A stretch of DNA of 64,000 bases from a bacterium. GTDB lineage: Bacteria; Arandabacterota; Arandabacteria; Arandabacterales; Arandabacteraceae. Below the pieces are notes generated by a model, which saw only the letters and a list, made by a program, of their open reading frames with translations, was not told where the DNA came from and made no database searches. Positions 10,147-20,176 of this stretch are shown piece by piece. The position numbers and the translations under genes are program-made. Position 1 is the stretch's first letter. Every line of letters begins with the position of its first letter. The stretch spans positions 1,284 through 65,283 of the forward strand of contig JALGZP010000006.1 in assembly GCA_025774845.1 (NCBI GenBank), in the 5' to 3' direction.

Positions 10147-10176
10147 TTGACAACACGCTTATAAGCGTGCTATAAT
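10147..10176 (+). promoter_or_regulatory. near-consensus sigma70-type promoter (TTGACA-18-TATAAT) with an embedded 16-bp perfect palindrome
   Basis: TTGACA at 10147-10152 and TATAAT at 10171-10176, with an AT-rich upstream tract. The palindrome CACGCTTATAAGCGTG (10154-10169) fills the spacer. It lies about 150 nt upstream of the 10325 start codon. Confidence 0.6.
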
Positions 10177-10324
10177 GGCGACCGTCGAAGGAAGCATGAA
10201 TGGTCTAGCTTAAGCAGAGCGAAGGTTCGCTCAAAAGGAGGTGAGCGAGAACGAGTTACTGGTTTTAGAGTTCCAGTGAGTTTTGATTCCAAAACAATTA
10301 CAGTCAAGTTGAGGGAGGCGTAAA

Positions 10325-11161
10325 ATGAAGTACTTAGTGATTGCGCTGGTGCTGGTTCTTGCCACGTCTGCGTTCGGTCTTGAGAAGAAGGCCTACCAGA
10401 TGAGGGATGACTTCGGCATGGAGCCGCAGTACGATGGCGCTCTCCAGTATTACTACTACATCCCGTGTCCGACTTACTCGTGGTTCTGGGCCTATACGGG
10501 ATGGGATCCCGGAGACATCATCGGAATGGGATTCGAAATCGGTTCACAGGGTACGGGTGGCTATGATCCGCTCGATCCGTACAACTGCGCGGAAATTGAG
10601 CAGATCCGTATTCTCGACTTTGCTGGTTATGGTACGGTCTATCCCGGCCTCTTCACGATCGAACTTGACGTGTGGTGCCATACCGGTATCCATCTGTGGA
10701 ACAGCGGTCCCCTCGAGACAGGGTTTGCCTGGAACTACTTCCTTGTAGACCCGCCTGTCTGTTACACAATATGTGGCGTGGACCCTGGTGTCCCGACAAT
10801 CCTTGTCACGGCAACGATGACAGGGACGGACGGCATCTACCCGGCCTGGGGTATGGACAACATCTCGACAGCGCTGGAAACCGGGTGTGTATTGCATGAC
10901 CTGGGCTGTCTCCCCGTTGTCTGGCCGAGAGGGCCAGATGACATGGTACCCGGCGATGCCGGTGAGGTCCATGGTGGATACTTCGGGACATACTTCTGGG
11001 AGTATGTGCCGCCTCTAGGCTTCCTTGACGGCCGTGACACCACGCCTGATGGCAGCCAGTTCGGATTCATCGAGTTGGCCTGGAGAGTCTACATCATCTG
11101 TGGAGGTCCGACCTCTGTAGAGCCCAGCACCTGGGGTAACATCAAGTCGATGTATCGGTAG
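10325..11161 (+). CDS. secreted Trp/Tyr/Gly/Cys-rich protein of unknown function, paralog 1 (C-terminal STWGNIKSMYR)
   Basis: ATG follows GAGGGAGG. Signal peptide MKYLVIALVLVLATSAFG. Roughly 70 percent identical, by eye, to the next gene. Confidence 0.8.
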   Translation: MKYLVIALVLVLATSAFGLEKKAYQMRDDFGMEPQYDGALQYYYYIPCPTYSWFWAYTGWDPGDIIGMGFEIGSQGTGGYDPLDPYNCAEIEQIRILDFAGYGTVYPGLFTIELDVWCHTGIHLWNSGPLETGFAWNYFLVDPPVCYTICGVDPGVPTILVTATMTGTDGIYPAWGMDNISTALETGCVLHDLGCLPVVWPRGPDDMVPGDAGEVHGGYFGTYFWEYVPPLGFLDGRDTTPDGSQFGFIELAWRVYIICGGPTSVEPSTWGNIKSMYR

Positions 11162-11221
11162 AGAGCTTATTGCCCGAGATCCATCCCTCATGCAGAGATC
11201 GGTGAGATCGTAAGGGCATGG

Positions 11222-11247
11222 AGAGGGGTGCCTCCCGGCACCCCTCT
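11222..11247 (+). terminator. GC-rich hairpin between the two paralogs (possible partial terminator or attenuator)
   Basis: AGAGGGGTGCC / GGCACCCCTCT forms an 11-bp perfect stem with a 4-nt loop, followed by the T-poor tail TCGCATTT. Confidence 0.45.
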
Positions 11248-11292
11248 TCGCATTTGGAGTCACCGCCGGCTCCATTCGAGGGAGGTGCCATC

Positions 11293-12150
11293 ATGAAGTA
11301 CCTAGTCTTCGCGTTCGTTCTGGTTCTCGCCACATCTGCGTTCGGTCTGGAGAAGAAGGCCTACCAGATGAGGGACGACTTCGGTATGGAGCAGCTCTAC
11401 GACGGCGCTCTCCAGTTCTATTACTACATCCCGTGCCCGACTTATTCCTGGTTTTGGGCGGTTACGGGATGGGAACCGGGAGACATCATCGGCGTGGACT
11501 TCCCGATCGGTGTGCAGGGTACGGGTGGATGGGATCCGGTGGATCCGCTGAACTGCATGGCCTTTGAGCAGATACGTGTGCTCGACTTCGCGGGTTACGG
11601 CACCGTCTATGGCGGCCTCTTCACGATTGAGTTCGATCTGTGGTGCTGGGATCCCGCCCAACCGGAACATCACTTGTGGTTGTGGAACAGTGGTCCGGTA
11701 GAGACACGGTTTTCCTGGAACTACATTCCCATCGATCCGATGATCTGTATCGACATCTGCCCGTGGGGCGGGTCACACGGTGATCACGACGGTCCCGTGC
11801 TGGTTGTGACGGCGACGATGACCGGTACCGAGGGTGCCTACCCCGCCTGGGGTGCGGATAACATTTCGACGGCCTGGGAGACAGGGTGTGAGTTCCATGA
11901 CTATGGGTGTCTGCCGGCAACCTGGCCGAGAGGTGCACCGGGTATAGGTGGAGTGCACAGTGGTTACTTCGGCAATGGGGTAGTCCAGTATGAGCCACCT
12001 CTTGGCTTCCTCGACGGGCGCGATACGACACCCGACGGTAGCCAGTACGGTTTCCTCGAGTTGGCGTGGCGAGTCTACATTACCTGTCTTGGCCCAAGTT
12101 CCGCGGAGCCCAGTACCTGGGGCAACATAAAATCCATGTACAGAGAGTAA
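11293..12150 (+). CDS. secreted Trp/Tyr/Gly/Cys-rich protein of unknown function, paralog 2 (C-terminal STWGNIKSMYRE)
   Basis: ATG at 11293 follows GAGGGAGG. Signal peptide MKYLVFAFVLVLATSAFG. The ORF track starts at 11218, but that extension runs through the hairpin and has no signal peptide. Confidence 0.8.
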   Translation: MKYLVFAFVLVLATSAFGLEKKAYQMRDDFGMEQLYDGALQFYYYIPCPTYSWFWAVTGWEPGDIIGVDFPIGVQGTGGWDPVDPLNCMAFEQIRVLDFAGYGTVYGGLFTIEFDLWCWDPAQPEHHLWLWNSGPVETRFSWNYIPIDPMICIDICPWGGSHGDHDGPVLVVTATMTGTEGAYPAWGADNISTAWETGCEFHDYGCLPATWPRGAPGIGGVHSGYFGNGVVQYEPPLGFLDGRDTTPDGSQYGFLELAWRVYITCLGPSSAEPSTWGNIKSMYRE

Positions 12151-12170
12151 GAGAGGAACAACGGGAAAAC

Positions 12171-12190
12171 TGCCTTTTCTGAGCAAGCGG
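12171..12190 (+). repeat. truncated copy of the intergenic hairpin repeat (loop fragment only)
   Basis: TGCCTTTTCTGAGCAAGCGG is identical to 406-425. No flanking stem arms are present. Confidence 0.5.
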
Positions 12191-12230
12191 GGCGAAAGAC
12201 CACACCAGCACCCACCGCCATACAATTGTG

Positions 12231-12259
12231 TTGACCCTGTGAATGGGGAGGATTATCAT
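12231..12259 (+). promoter_or_regulatory. candidate promoter TTGACC-17-TATCAT upstream of the large TPR gene
   Basis: TTGACC at 12231-12236 and TATCAT at 12254-12259, about 55 nt before the GTG at 12313. Pattern match only. Confidence 0.35.
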
Positions 12260-12312
12260 AATAGAAATCCTCTTAAATCTTATCCGTTGGGGAGTGTCGA
12301 GGTCTTGTCAGG

Positions 12313-15300
12313 GTGAGACAATCTGTAGGTCTGTTGATTGCTCTTCTGCTTTGTGCGATTCCTGTCCGGACGGCCGCCCAGGCGCCGTCGGGCACGGATT
12401 TCATTGAGTACCTCCAGAAGTCGAATCTTACACATCTTTATGTAGCCGAGCTCCGGAATTTGTGTCTTGAAGCGAACGACCTTGCCGCGTGCAATCAATA
12501 TCTGGCGTTCCTCGAGCACAGTCGCGAGGTCGATCGTGCGATTGCATTTACGGACAGTCTCAAGCGTGAAGATTCTCATGCCGATCTGGCCATCCGGCTG
12601 ATGAAGGCCAGTGCCTTGGTCGATGCTTCGCGATACTCCGAGTCGGTTACCATACTTGACGAGATCATCGCCTCGCTTCCGCCCCGGAACGTTCTCATCC
12701 AGGCGGCTTTCTTAAGAGCCCGGTGCCGGTTCGAGCTGGGACAGGTGGATGAAGCCTTGCTCAACCTGCGGTCTGTTGAACGCTTTGCGGCCGGCTCGGA
12801 AGCTGCGGAGTTCGCGGTGCTGCTGGGTGAGTGTGAAGAGGCCGACGGTAACCTGGCGAGGGCGGAGACACTCTATCAGGAGGCCCTCGAGCAGGGAGGA
12901 TCACGTGATGCGGCAGTCGGCCTTCTGAGATGCCGGCTCAAACAGGGAGACGTAGCGGGTTTCTTCGACCTGCGGACCGACGTGGCAGGCCGCGGTATGA
13001 CACTACCGCCAGAGCCCTCCTGTGAAATCGCGGTCGCCATTGGTGAGTTACTGCCGGAAGTGTGGCACGTACTTGTGGGTCTGGTCATGGCCGATCGCAA
13101 TCCGGAAAGCGACGCCTGTCATGCCGTCGTGAAGTCGGTAGTCCAGCTTGCCGAGAGCGGTGAACCTGTTGACACGTATTGCGATTCCCTTCTTTCGCTC
13201 GAACTGACGGCAGATCTTAAGGAGAAACTCAGATATGCGTGGGCGCTGGCGCTGGGTGAATCAACCTGGGCGGCCGACACGCTTGCATCGCTTGCACGGC
13301 GGGCGACGCACCCCGACGTGAAACTGCGATATGCGACCTCTGCAATCACACAGGCGGCCGATCAGGCCAGGCCTGCATTAGCTACGAATCTTGTACCGGG
13401 TATCCTTCCGTTGGCCGACCGGCTGTCGACCGGCGAGCGTTTCGAACTCGCCACTCTGCTTGTTGACTCAGGTCTAGACGAGGAGGGCGTCCGGCTCGCC
13501 CGAACTTCAGGAAAAGACCAAAGGACGCGTCCCAACTCGATCGGCTCCGCCCTGGCTTTCCTGATGGAGCGCGCCGGCCAGACGACCAGGGCCCGTGATA
13601 TTTACGAAACACTGGGTGCATCACTCATACCGACCCGCCACAGTCTTGAGGGGCGAAAGCGTGCCTATCTATTGGACGATTCGCTTTCAGGCTCAGCGGG
13701 GACGGAGGGACTGTCAGCCGAGGTGGAGCGAATAGCCCGCGAAGGGGCTTCCGATCTTGAACTGGGTGATCTATTCGTGCGGCTCAGGGATTTCGAACGG
13801 GCGTCGAACCACTACCGCAGAGCGGTGGTTTCACCACCGGAGGGTGCTCACCCGGATGTCATAAAGGCTAAACTGATCATCTCACTGGGCCACAGGTGGA
13901 TCGAGACCGGTGACGAAACTGCAAGACACGAGGCCGTAGAACTTGTGGGTGAAATCGCAGACAGTCCCGAGGTGGATCCTGCTACGGTAAGGGCCGCGCT
14001 TGACATATCGACGGACTGGTTGCGTCTCGATCACGACCGCGCGTTCCGGATCGCGCAGAAGCTGAGCCACCGCGATGACCTCTCGAGCAGCGAACTCTAC
14101 GAGAGCGCACGGATACTCTACACGCTCTTTCTCGGGCACGACGGTAATGTCTATACCGAGTGTGTCCTGGCTCTGAGGAGTCTGCTGGATGAGTTTCCAG
14201 AGTCACCGGATGCGCCGGGCGCGGCACTGCTTCTGGGCAGGGCTAAATTCGTGGCAGGGGACTATGTGGGTGCGCTCGAGGCGTACGAATCCTGTCTGGC
14301 CGAATACGATGAGGATGAGATCGGAACTCTTTGCCGGTTGGGGATAGGTGAATGCTACCTCTATTCGGGTGGGATCAGCGGTGCCCTCTCGCACTTCAAG
14401 CAGGCCGGCAACTCGCCCGAGGCCATCTACAACACCGCCAGGTGTCACGAACTAATGGAAGAAAGTGACTCGGCCCGGGTCTACTATAGAAAATCGCTTT
14501 CTGAGCTCGCCGATGTTTCACTCACAGCTGCCGCAAGTCTCAGACTGGGTCTTCTTGTCCTGGAGCGCGATGGCCTCGCTGCGGCCATGGACGAGCTGGA
14601 TTCACCTCTTCCTGCGGTCAGACAACGTCTGAGTAATGTACGACGCATGGTTCGGGCCTACGGGCTGGGGTGGGAGGGTTACAGGGATCTAGCGGTCGAG
14701 GAGCTCACACGCTCCTCGGCGGAGGGTGGGATGTTTGCCTGTGAGGCTCTTCTCCTTTCGGCATCGCTTGCTGCGCCGGATGATCCCGCTATGGCCTCTT
14801 CGCTTCTCGGACCCGGTCGCGAACGGTGTGACGACATCTTCGGAGTCTTCGGTCTGCTCGAGGACCGCGCATCATATGCCTGCTCCGACGGTTCGCTCAG
14901 ACTCTGCGCACGGGAGGGTGCGGCCTTCAAGCAACGTTTCCCGCTTGCCGAGCGGAGCCACCTTGGGCTGGACATAAGGACACTCCTTCTCCTGTTCCGT
15001 GAGGGGGAGGGTGACAGTGCATCCATGATGCTTGATAGTCTACTCGCAACCCGCCGGGAGCACGAGCTCCTGGCACAGGCCGTATACCGGAGAGGTATCG
15101 AGTACATGGTCGAGGCCGACTACCGGAGCGGTGTGGAGGCTTTCAGCGTGATCGAGCGCGACTACCCTGATCATGATCTCTACCGTGATGCATGCTTTAA
15201 ACTCGGCACTGCATATTACATGGCTGGAAGTTATGATTCGTCCGCGATCTACTTCGAGCTTGCAACGGAGTCCGAAAAGGCTTCACTTGTCGAGAATGCG

Positions 15301-15801
15301 TTTTTCAATCTCGGTTTAGCGCTTGAAAAACACGGTGACCTTAAGCGCGCCGCGCGGGCCTTCTGGTCACTTGTAGTAAGGTTTCCTCTATCGGAGAGGT
15401 TCGAAAGATCACTGATGAGAAGCGCATATGCACTTGAGCGGGCCGGCGAACCCGGGGAAGCGATTCGTATCTACAAGGGGCTCCTCAACTATGCCGGGGA
15501 TCAGGAAACAGCTGCCGAGGCCCTCTACTGGATGGGTGAGTCGTTTTCCGAAATGGGAGACCATCTGAGAGCGGCCGTCGAGTTCATGAGGGTCGGTCAC
15601 GAGTTTCCCGGGGAAGCCGCCTGGGCGGGGACGGCTTGGTTCCGGGCAGGTGCTGAATGTGAGGCGGCCGGTCTCACCGATCATGCGGTAGCGATCTATG
15701 AGCGGACCGTCAGTCGCTTCGGTAAACGCACGGACTGGGGAAAAGCATCCGCAGAGCGGCTGATTGAGATCATGGCACCCGTGCATGAAGAGGATCTCTG
15801 A
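12313..15801 (+). CDS. large secreted TPR-repeat protein (1162 aa)
   Basis: Signal peptide [24 protein letters not shown]. The protein is Ala/Leu-rich helical repeats throughout. The C-terminal third has YbgF/BamD-like TPR units ([41 protein letters not shown]...). The stop overlaps the uvrA ATG (TGATG). Confidence 0.8.
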   Translation: MRQSVGLLIALLLCAIPVRTAAQAPSGTDFIEYLQKSNLTHLYVAELRNLCLEANDLAACNQYLAFLEHSREVDRAIAFTDSLKREDSHADLAIRLMKASALVDASRYSESVTILDEIIASLPPRNVLIQAAFLRARCRFELGQVDEALLNLRSVERFAAGSEAAEFAVLLGECEEADGNLARAETLYQEALEQGGSRDAAVGLLRCRLKQGDVAGFFDLRTDVAGRGMTLPPEPSCEIAVAIGELLPEVWHVLVGLVMADRNPESDACHAVVKSVVQLAESGEPVDTYCDSLLSLELTADLKEKLRYAWALALGESTWAADTLASLARRATHPDVKLRYATSAITQAADQARPALATNLVPGILPLADRLSTGERFELATLLVDSGLDEEGVRLARTSGKDQRTRPNSIGSALAFLMERAGQTTRARDIYETLGASLIPTRHSLEGRKRAYLLDDSLSGSAGTEGLSAEVERIAREGASDLELGDLFVRLRDFERASNHYRRAVVSPPEGAHPDVIKAKLIISLGHRWIETGDETARHEAVELVGEIADSPEVDPATVRAALDISTDWLRLDHDRAFRIAQKLSHRDDLSSSELYESARILYTLFLGHDGNVYTECVLALRSLLDEFPESPDAPGAALLLGRAKFVAGDYVGALEAYESCLAEYDEDEIGTLCRLGIGECYLYSGGISGALSHFKQAGNSPEAIYNTARCHELMEESDSARVYYRKSLSELADVSLTAAASLRLGLLVLERDGLAAAMDELDSPLPAVRQRLSNVRRMVRAYGLGWEGYRDLAVEELTRSSAEGGMFACEALLLSASLAAPDDPAMASSLLGPGRERCDDIFGVFGLLEDRASYACSDGSLRLCAREGAAFKQRFPLAERSHLGLDIRTLLLLFREGEGDSASMMLDSLLATRREHELLAQAVYRRGIEYMVEADYRSGVEAFSVIERDYPDHDLYRDACFKLGTAYYMAGSYDSSAIYFELATESEKASLVENAFFNLGLALEKHGDLKRAARAFWSLVVRFPLSERFERSLMRSAYALERAGEPGEAIRIYKGLLNYAGDQETAAEALYWMGESFSEMGDHLRAAVEFMRVGHEFPGEAAWAGTAWFRAGAECEAAGLTDHAVAIYERTVSRFGKRTDWGKASAERLIEIMAPVHEEDL

Positions 15802-18662
15802 TGCCCAAGGACCATATAATCGTAAAGGGTGCCAGGGAGCATAATCTCAAGTCGATAAACGTGAAAATCCCCCGGGACAAGATCACCGTGATAACGGGTC
15901 TGAGCGGCTCGGGCAAGTCCTCGCTTGCATTTGACACGATCTATGCCGAAGGCCAGCGGCGTTACGTGGAATCTCTCTCAGCGTACGCGCGGCAATTCCT
16001 CGGGCAGATGGAAAAACCCGACGTGGACTATATCGAGGGACTTTCTCCCGCCATAAGCATAGAACAGCGTGTTGCGGGTACGAATCCAAGATCGACGGTC
16101 GGAACGGTGACCGAGATTTACGACTACCTGAGGCTGCTCTTCGCAAGGGTGGGGATACCGCACTGCTACCAGTGCGGTAGAGAGATTTCGCGTCAGAACG
16201 CCGACCAGATGGTCGACCGCATCCTGGAATTTGAAGACGGCACCGCAGTCCAGGTGATGGCACCGCTCGTCAGAGGCAGGAAAGGCGAGCACCGGAAGAT
16301 CCTCGAAAGGGCGAAGAAAGAAGGATTCGTCAGAGCGAGAATCGACGGCCGGCTCCACGATCTTGATCGCAAGATCAAACTGGATAAGAACAAGAAACAT
16401 ACTATAGATGTGGTTATAGACAGGTTGAAGATGGAACCCGGTCTCCGGTCACGGGTCGCAGATTCGGTTGAAACTGCGCTGAAGCTGGGTGGTGGTGTCG
16501 TGATCGTGAGTGCGGGAGGCGGCCGTGAGATCGTGCTCAGCCAGTTGTTCGCCTGTGTGGATTGCGGGATCGGTTTTCCCGAGATTTCACCGCGTATGTT
16601 CTCCTTCAACAGTCCATACGGCGCGTGTGAGATCTGCGATGGCATCGGGCGAAAGCTGGAAGTCGACCCGACCCTGGTTGTACCGGATGGTCATGTCTCG
16701 CTCGCTCAAGGGGCGGTGGTTCCGTGGGGCAAGAAACGAAGCAGTGTTACATGGGGGATGATCGAATCGGTCGCGGAGCGTTACAGCATATCGCTCGACA
16801 CGCCGTTTGAGGATCTCCCCGAGCCTCAAAGACGGATAATGCTCTATGGCACGGGTGATGAAAGCGTCCGTTTCAAGATACGGGGCAGCCGAAGCCGCTA
16901 TGAGTATCTCTCGCCCTTCGAGGGCGTGGTGCCCAACCTCGAGAGACGCTTCGTCGAGACCGACTCTGACGACATACGTTCGTGGATCGGACAGTACATG
17001 GCGATGAGACCGTGTCCCGGATGTGAAGGCGCACGGCTCAAGCCCCAGAGCCTTTCAGTCAGACTCGCCGGCAGCAATATCAACGAGGTGACCGGTCTGT
17101 CGGTGGACAAGGCTCTCGGGTTCTTCTCGGGACTGAGTTTCACGGGTACCGCCGCGAAAGTCGCCTCACCTATTGTCAAAGAGATAAAGGACAGGCTCAG
17201 GTTCATGTTCGATGTCGGGCTTTCATACCTCACGCTAGGCAGATCGGCTTCCACATTGGCCGGTGGTGAGCTCCAGAGGATAAGACTTGCCACCCAGATC
17301 GGTTCGAGTCTCGTCGGAGTGCTCTATGTACTTGATGAGCCGAGCATCGGGCTTCACATGCGCGACAACCGGAGACTGCTTGATACGCTCACGCGATTGA
17401 GAGACCTCGGCAACACCGTTGTCGTCGTCGAGCACGACCGTGAGACCATACTCTCGGCCGACTACGTGATCGATCTCGGACCCGGCGCCGGGAAAGACGG
17501 GGGCAGAGTCGTCGCCGTCGGGCCGCCGGAGGCCATAAAGAAGAAGCGGGCGTCGCTTACAGGCAGGTATCTGAGAGGAGACAAGTGGATTCCGACACCT
17601 TCGACCCGGCGGCCTGGAAGCGGCCGGTCGCTCGTGATACGCGGTGCGCGCCAGTTCAATCTCAAGAACATAGATGTCACGATACCCCTCGGTGCTCTCA
17701 CCTGCGTGACCGGCGTTTCGGGCTCGGGGAAAAGCACGCTTGTCAACGAGATCCTCTACAGGGCGCTCGCCAGACAGTTCTATAGATCGAAGGAGGAACC
17801 CGGTGACCACGATGCGATCGAAGGAACGGATCTCCTCGACAAAGTGATCGATATCGACCAGTCACCGATAGGGAGGACGCCGCGGTCGAATCCCGCAACC
17901 TACACCGGTCTCTTCTCACCGATACGTGATGTTTTTGCACGGGTGCCTGAGGCGAAGATGAAGGGCTATAAGCCGGGCAGATTCAGCTTCAATGTAAAGG
18001 GAGGCAGATGTGAGGCATGCAGGGGTGACGGCGTAACGAAGATCGAGATGCACTTCCTGCCCGATGTCTACGTCAGGTGTGACGTGTGCAAGGGGAAGCG
18101 CTACGAGCGGGAGACTCTCGAGATCAGGTACAAGGGCAGGAACATAGCGGAGGTCCTTGAGACCACGGTCGCTGAGGCAAGGGAGTTCTTCGAAAATATC
18201 CCGGTCGTCAAGCGGAAGTTGGACACGCTGTATGATGTCGGGCTTGGTTACATCCACCTGGGTCAGCCCGCAACAACGCTTTCGGGCGGAGAAGCCCAGC
18301 GGGTAAAACTCGCCCGCGAGTTGTCGAAAGTGAGCACGGGCCGGACCCTCTACATACTGGACGAACCGACCACCGGTCTGCATTTTGAGGACACGCTGAT
18401 GTTGCTCGGCGTACTCAACCGGCTGGTGGAGAAGGGAAATACGGTTGTCGTAATTGAGCACAACCCGGATTGCATAAAGGTCGCCGACCACATAGTCGAT
18501 CTCGGCCCCGAGGGCGGAGATGAGGGCGGCGGGATCGTCGCCGAGGGCACGCCCGAGGACATCTCGCTGTGCCGCGGGTCATATACGGGAGAGGTTCTGA
18601 GGCGTATCTTCGAAGACGAATCCGAGCTCTATGATCTTGAAAAACAGATGACGTCGCGTTAG
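15801..18662 (+). CDS. uvrA: excinuclease ABC subunit A
   Basis: 953 aa. Two ABC ATPase modules ([51 protein letters not shown]) plus the UvrA zinc-finger cysteines (CVDCG...[14 protein letters not shown]...CDVCKG). Confidence 0.97.
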   Translation: MPKDHIIVKGAREHNLKSINVKIPRDKITVITGLSGSGKSSLAFDTIYAEGQRRYVESLSAYARQFLGQMEKPDVDYIEGLSPAISIEQRVAGTNPRSTVGTVTEIYDYLRLLFARVGIPHCYQCGREISRQNADQMVDRILEFEDGTAVQVMAPLVRGRKGEHRKILERAKKEGFVRARIDGRLHDLDRKIKLDKNKKHTIDVVIDRLKMEPGLRSRVADSVETALKLGGGVVIVSAGGGREIVLSQLFACVDCGIGFPEISPRMFSFNSPYGACEICDGIGRKLEVDPTLVVPDGHVSLAQGAVVPWGKKRSSVTWGMIESVAERYSISLDTPFEDLPEPQRRIMLYGTGDESVRFKIRGSRSRYEYLSPFEGVVPNLERRFVETDSDDIRSWIGQYMAMRPCPGCEGARLKPQSLSVRLAGSNINEVTGLSVDKALGFFSGLSFTGTAAKVASPIVKEIKDRLRFMFDVGLSYLTLGRSASTLAGGELQRIRLATQIGSSLVGVLYVLDEPSIGLHMRDNRRLLDTLTRLRDLGNTVVVVEHDRETILSADYVIDLGPGAGKDGGRVVAVGPPEAIKKKRASLTGRYLRGDKWIPTPSTRRPGSGRSLVIRGARQFNLKNIDVTIPLGALTCVTGVSGSGKSTLVNEILYRALARQFYRSKEEPGDHDAIEGTDLLDKVIDIDQSPIGRTPRSNPATYTGLFSPIRDVFARVPEAKMKGYKPGRFSFNVKGGRCEACRGDGVTKIEMHFLPDVYVRCDVCKGKRYERETLEIRYKGRNIAEVLETTVAEAREFFENIPVVKRKLDTLYDVGLGYIHLGQPATTLSGGEAQRVKLARELSKVSTGRTLYILDEPTTGLHFEDTLMLLGVLNRLVEKGNTVVVIEHNPDCIKVADHIVDLGPEGGDEGGGIVAEGTPEDISLCRGSYTGEVLRRIFEDESELYDLEKQMTSR

Positions 18663-18674
18663 TGTATGTAGTTC

Positions 18675-19775
18675 TTGGGAGGACTATTGGAGCCGAAGAA
18701 GACACCGCTTTATGACAGACAGGTTGCCCTGGGTGGAAGACCGGTCGAATTTGCCGGCTTCAGTATGCCCATTGAGTTCACCGGGGTAGTTGACGAACAC
18801 CTGAGCGTCCGGCGCGAGGTGGGTATCTTCGATGTGTCTCACATGGGTGAGATATCCGTATCGGGTGACAACGCTCTCGATTACGTCGAGAGGCTCACTA
18901 CGAACCAGGCTACCGGGCTGGATCCTTTCCAGGCACAGTACACCCTGATGCTGAACGACGACGGCGGTGTGATTGATGATCTACTGGTCTACAGAAGGAA
19001 ATTTGACTACCTGCTGGTGGTTAACGCGGCCAACACCCGGAGAGCGCTGACCTGGGTGACCGGGCATGCTCCGGCTGATGTGCGTATTGATAACCTGAGC
19101 GACGAGACCGGGCTGATTGCGCTTCAGGGGCCGAGGGCTAAAGATGTCATGAGGCAAGTGTGTGGCGATGATAATGTGTTGGGTCTCGAGCCCTTTCGTT
19201 CAATGGGCGCGACAATTGGAGACGCACCTTGTCTTGTGTCGCGGACCGGCTATACAGGAGAGGACGGTTTCGAAATCTACATCAACGCTTCAAGCACGGG
19301 CGATGTCTGGGACATCCTGATGGGCGCGGAGCCAAGGCCCAAGCCGTGCGGTCTGGGAGCACGGGATACCCTGCGCCTCGAGATGGCCTTCAGACTTCAT
19401 GGCAGCGACATGGATGAAAGCACGACACCTCTTGAAGCGGGGCTCGGGTGGACAGTCAAACTGGACAAGGGTGACTTCTACGGCCGGGATGCGTTGATCC
19501 GCCAGAAGGAAAGCGGGATACCGAGAAAGATCGTGGGTTTGAGATCGGACGCCAAACGTTTTGCGAGACGAGGCTCTAAAGTCCGGTCGGGTGGGGAGGA
19601 GATAGGAGAGGTTACAAGCGGGGGGTTCTCACCCTCGCTCGAATGCGGTATCGCTCTGGCCTACGTTGGGTCGAAGTTTGCGAAACGCAGTACCGACTTC
19701 AAGATTGATGTAAGAGGCCAACTGGTTGATGCTAAGTATGAGAAGGGGCCTTTTTACAAGAAACCGGAGAATTAG
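18675..19775 (+). CDS. gcvT: glycine cleavage system T protein (aminomethyltransferase)
   Basis: KKTPLYDRQVALGGRPVEFAGFSMPIEF, EHLSVRREVGIFDVSHMGEI, RTGYTGEDGFEI and GLGARDTLRLE are classic GcvT motifs. TTG start. Confidence 0.93.
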   Translation: MGGLLEPKKTPLYDRQVALGGRPVEFAGFSMPIEFTGVVDEHLSVRREVGIFDVSHMGEISVSGDNALDYVERLTTNQATGLDPFQAQYTLMLNDDGGVIDDLLVYRRKFDYLLVVNAANTRRALTWVTGHAPADVRIDNLSDETGLIALQGPRAKDVMRQVCGDDNVLGLEPFRSMGATIGDAPCLVSRTGYTGEDGFEIYINASSTGDVWDILMGAEPRPKPCGLGARDTLRLEMAFRLHGSDMDESTTPLEAGLGWTVKLDKGDFYGRDALIRQKESGIPRKIVGLRSDAKRFARRGSKVRSGGEEIGEVTSGGFSPSLECGIALAYVGSKFAKRSTDFKIDVRGQLVDAKYEKGPFYKKPEN

Positions 19776-19790
19776 TGGAAAGGAGATACA

Positions 19791-20171
19791 GTGATGATTC
19801 CGGACGATCTGCGTTACTCCGACAAGCACGAATGGGTCAAGGTCGATGGGGACATCGCCATTGTGGGTATAACGGACTATGCCCAGACCCAGCTCGGTGA
19901 CATCGTCTATGTCGAGCTTCCCTCGGTCGGGACCAAGGTCGAGGCTGCAGCATCGTTTGGCACGATCGAGGCTGTCAAGGCTGTGAGCGACCTTTACTGT
20001 CCGATCTCAGGGGAAGTCACTGAGGTGAATGACAACGTCACCGCCGACCCTGCCGTAATCAAGTCGTCACCCTACGGGGGTGGGTGGATGATAAAGATCA
20101 AAATGGAAAAGAAGGACGAACTCGACTCACTTCTGAATGCGGAAAAGTATCGCGAGCTCACGGGGGAGTAA
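19791..20171 (+). CDS. gcvH: glycine cleavage system H protein
   Basis: YSDKHEWVKVDGDIAIVGITDYAQTQLGDIVYVELP and the lipoyl-lysine context FGTIEAVKAVSDLYCPISGEV. 126 aa. Confidence 0.93.
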   Translation: MMIPDDLRYSDKHEWVKVDGDIAIVGITDYAQTQLGDIVYVELPSVGTKVEAAASFGTIEAVKAVSDLYCPISGEVTEVNDNVTADPAVIKSSPYGGGWMIKIKMEKKDELDSLLNAEKYRELTGE

Positions 20172-20176
20172 CCGAT

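Noticed and set aside
10241-10279. 12-codon mini-ORF (GTG AGC GAG ... TGA) in the leader of the paralog operon, next to AAGGAGG
   Set aside because: The GTG is part of, or immediately abuts, the Shine-Dalgarno-like sequence, so there is no spacer. Translation initiation there is unlikely, so I do not call it a leader peptide.
11218-11292. ORF-track N-terminal extension of paralog 2 (MERGASRHPSSHLESPPAPFEGGAI...)
   Set aside because: The extension runs through the inter-paralog hairpin, has no ribosome-binding site, and would bury the signal peptide. ATG 11293 after GAGGGAGG gives an N-terminus matching paralog 1.
18663-18674. Expected a glycine riboswitch ahead of gcvT
   Set aside because: Only 12 nt separate the uvrA stop from the gcvT start, which leaves no room for a riboswitch of about 100-200 nt.
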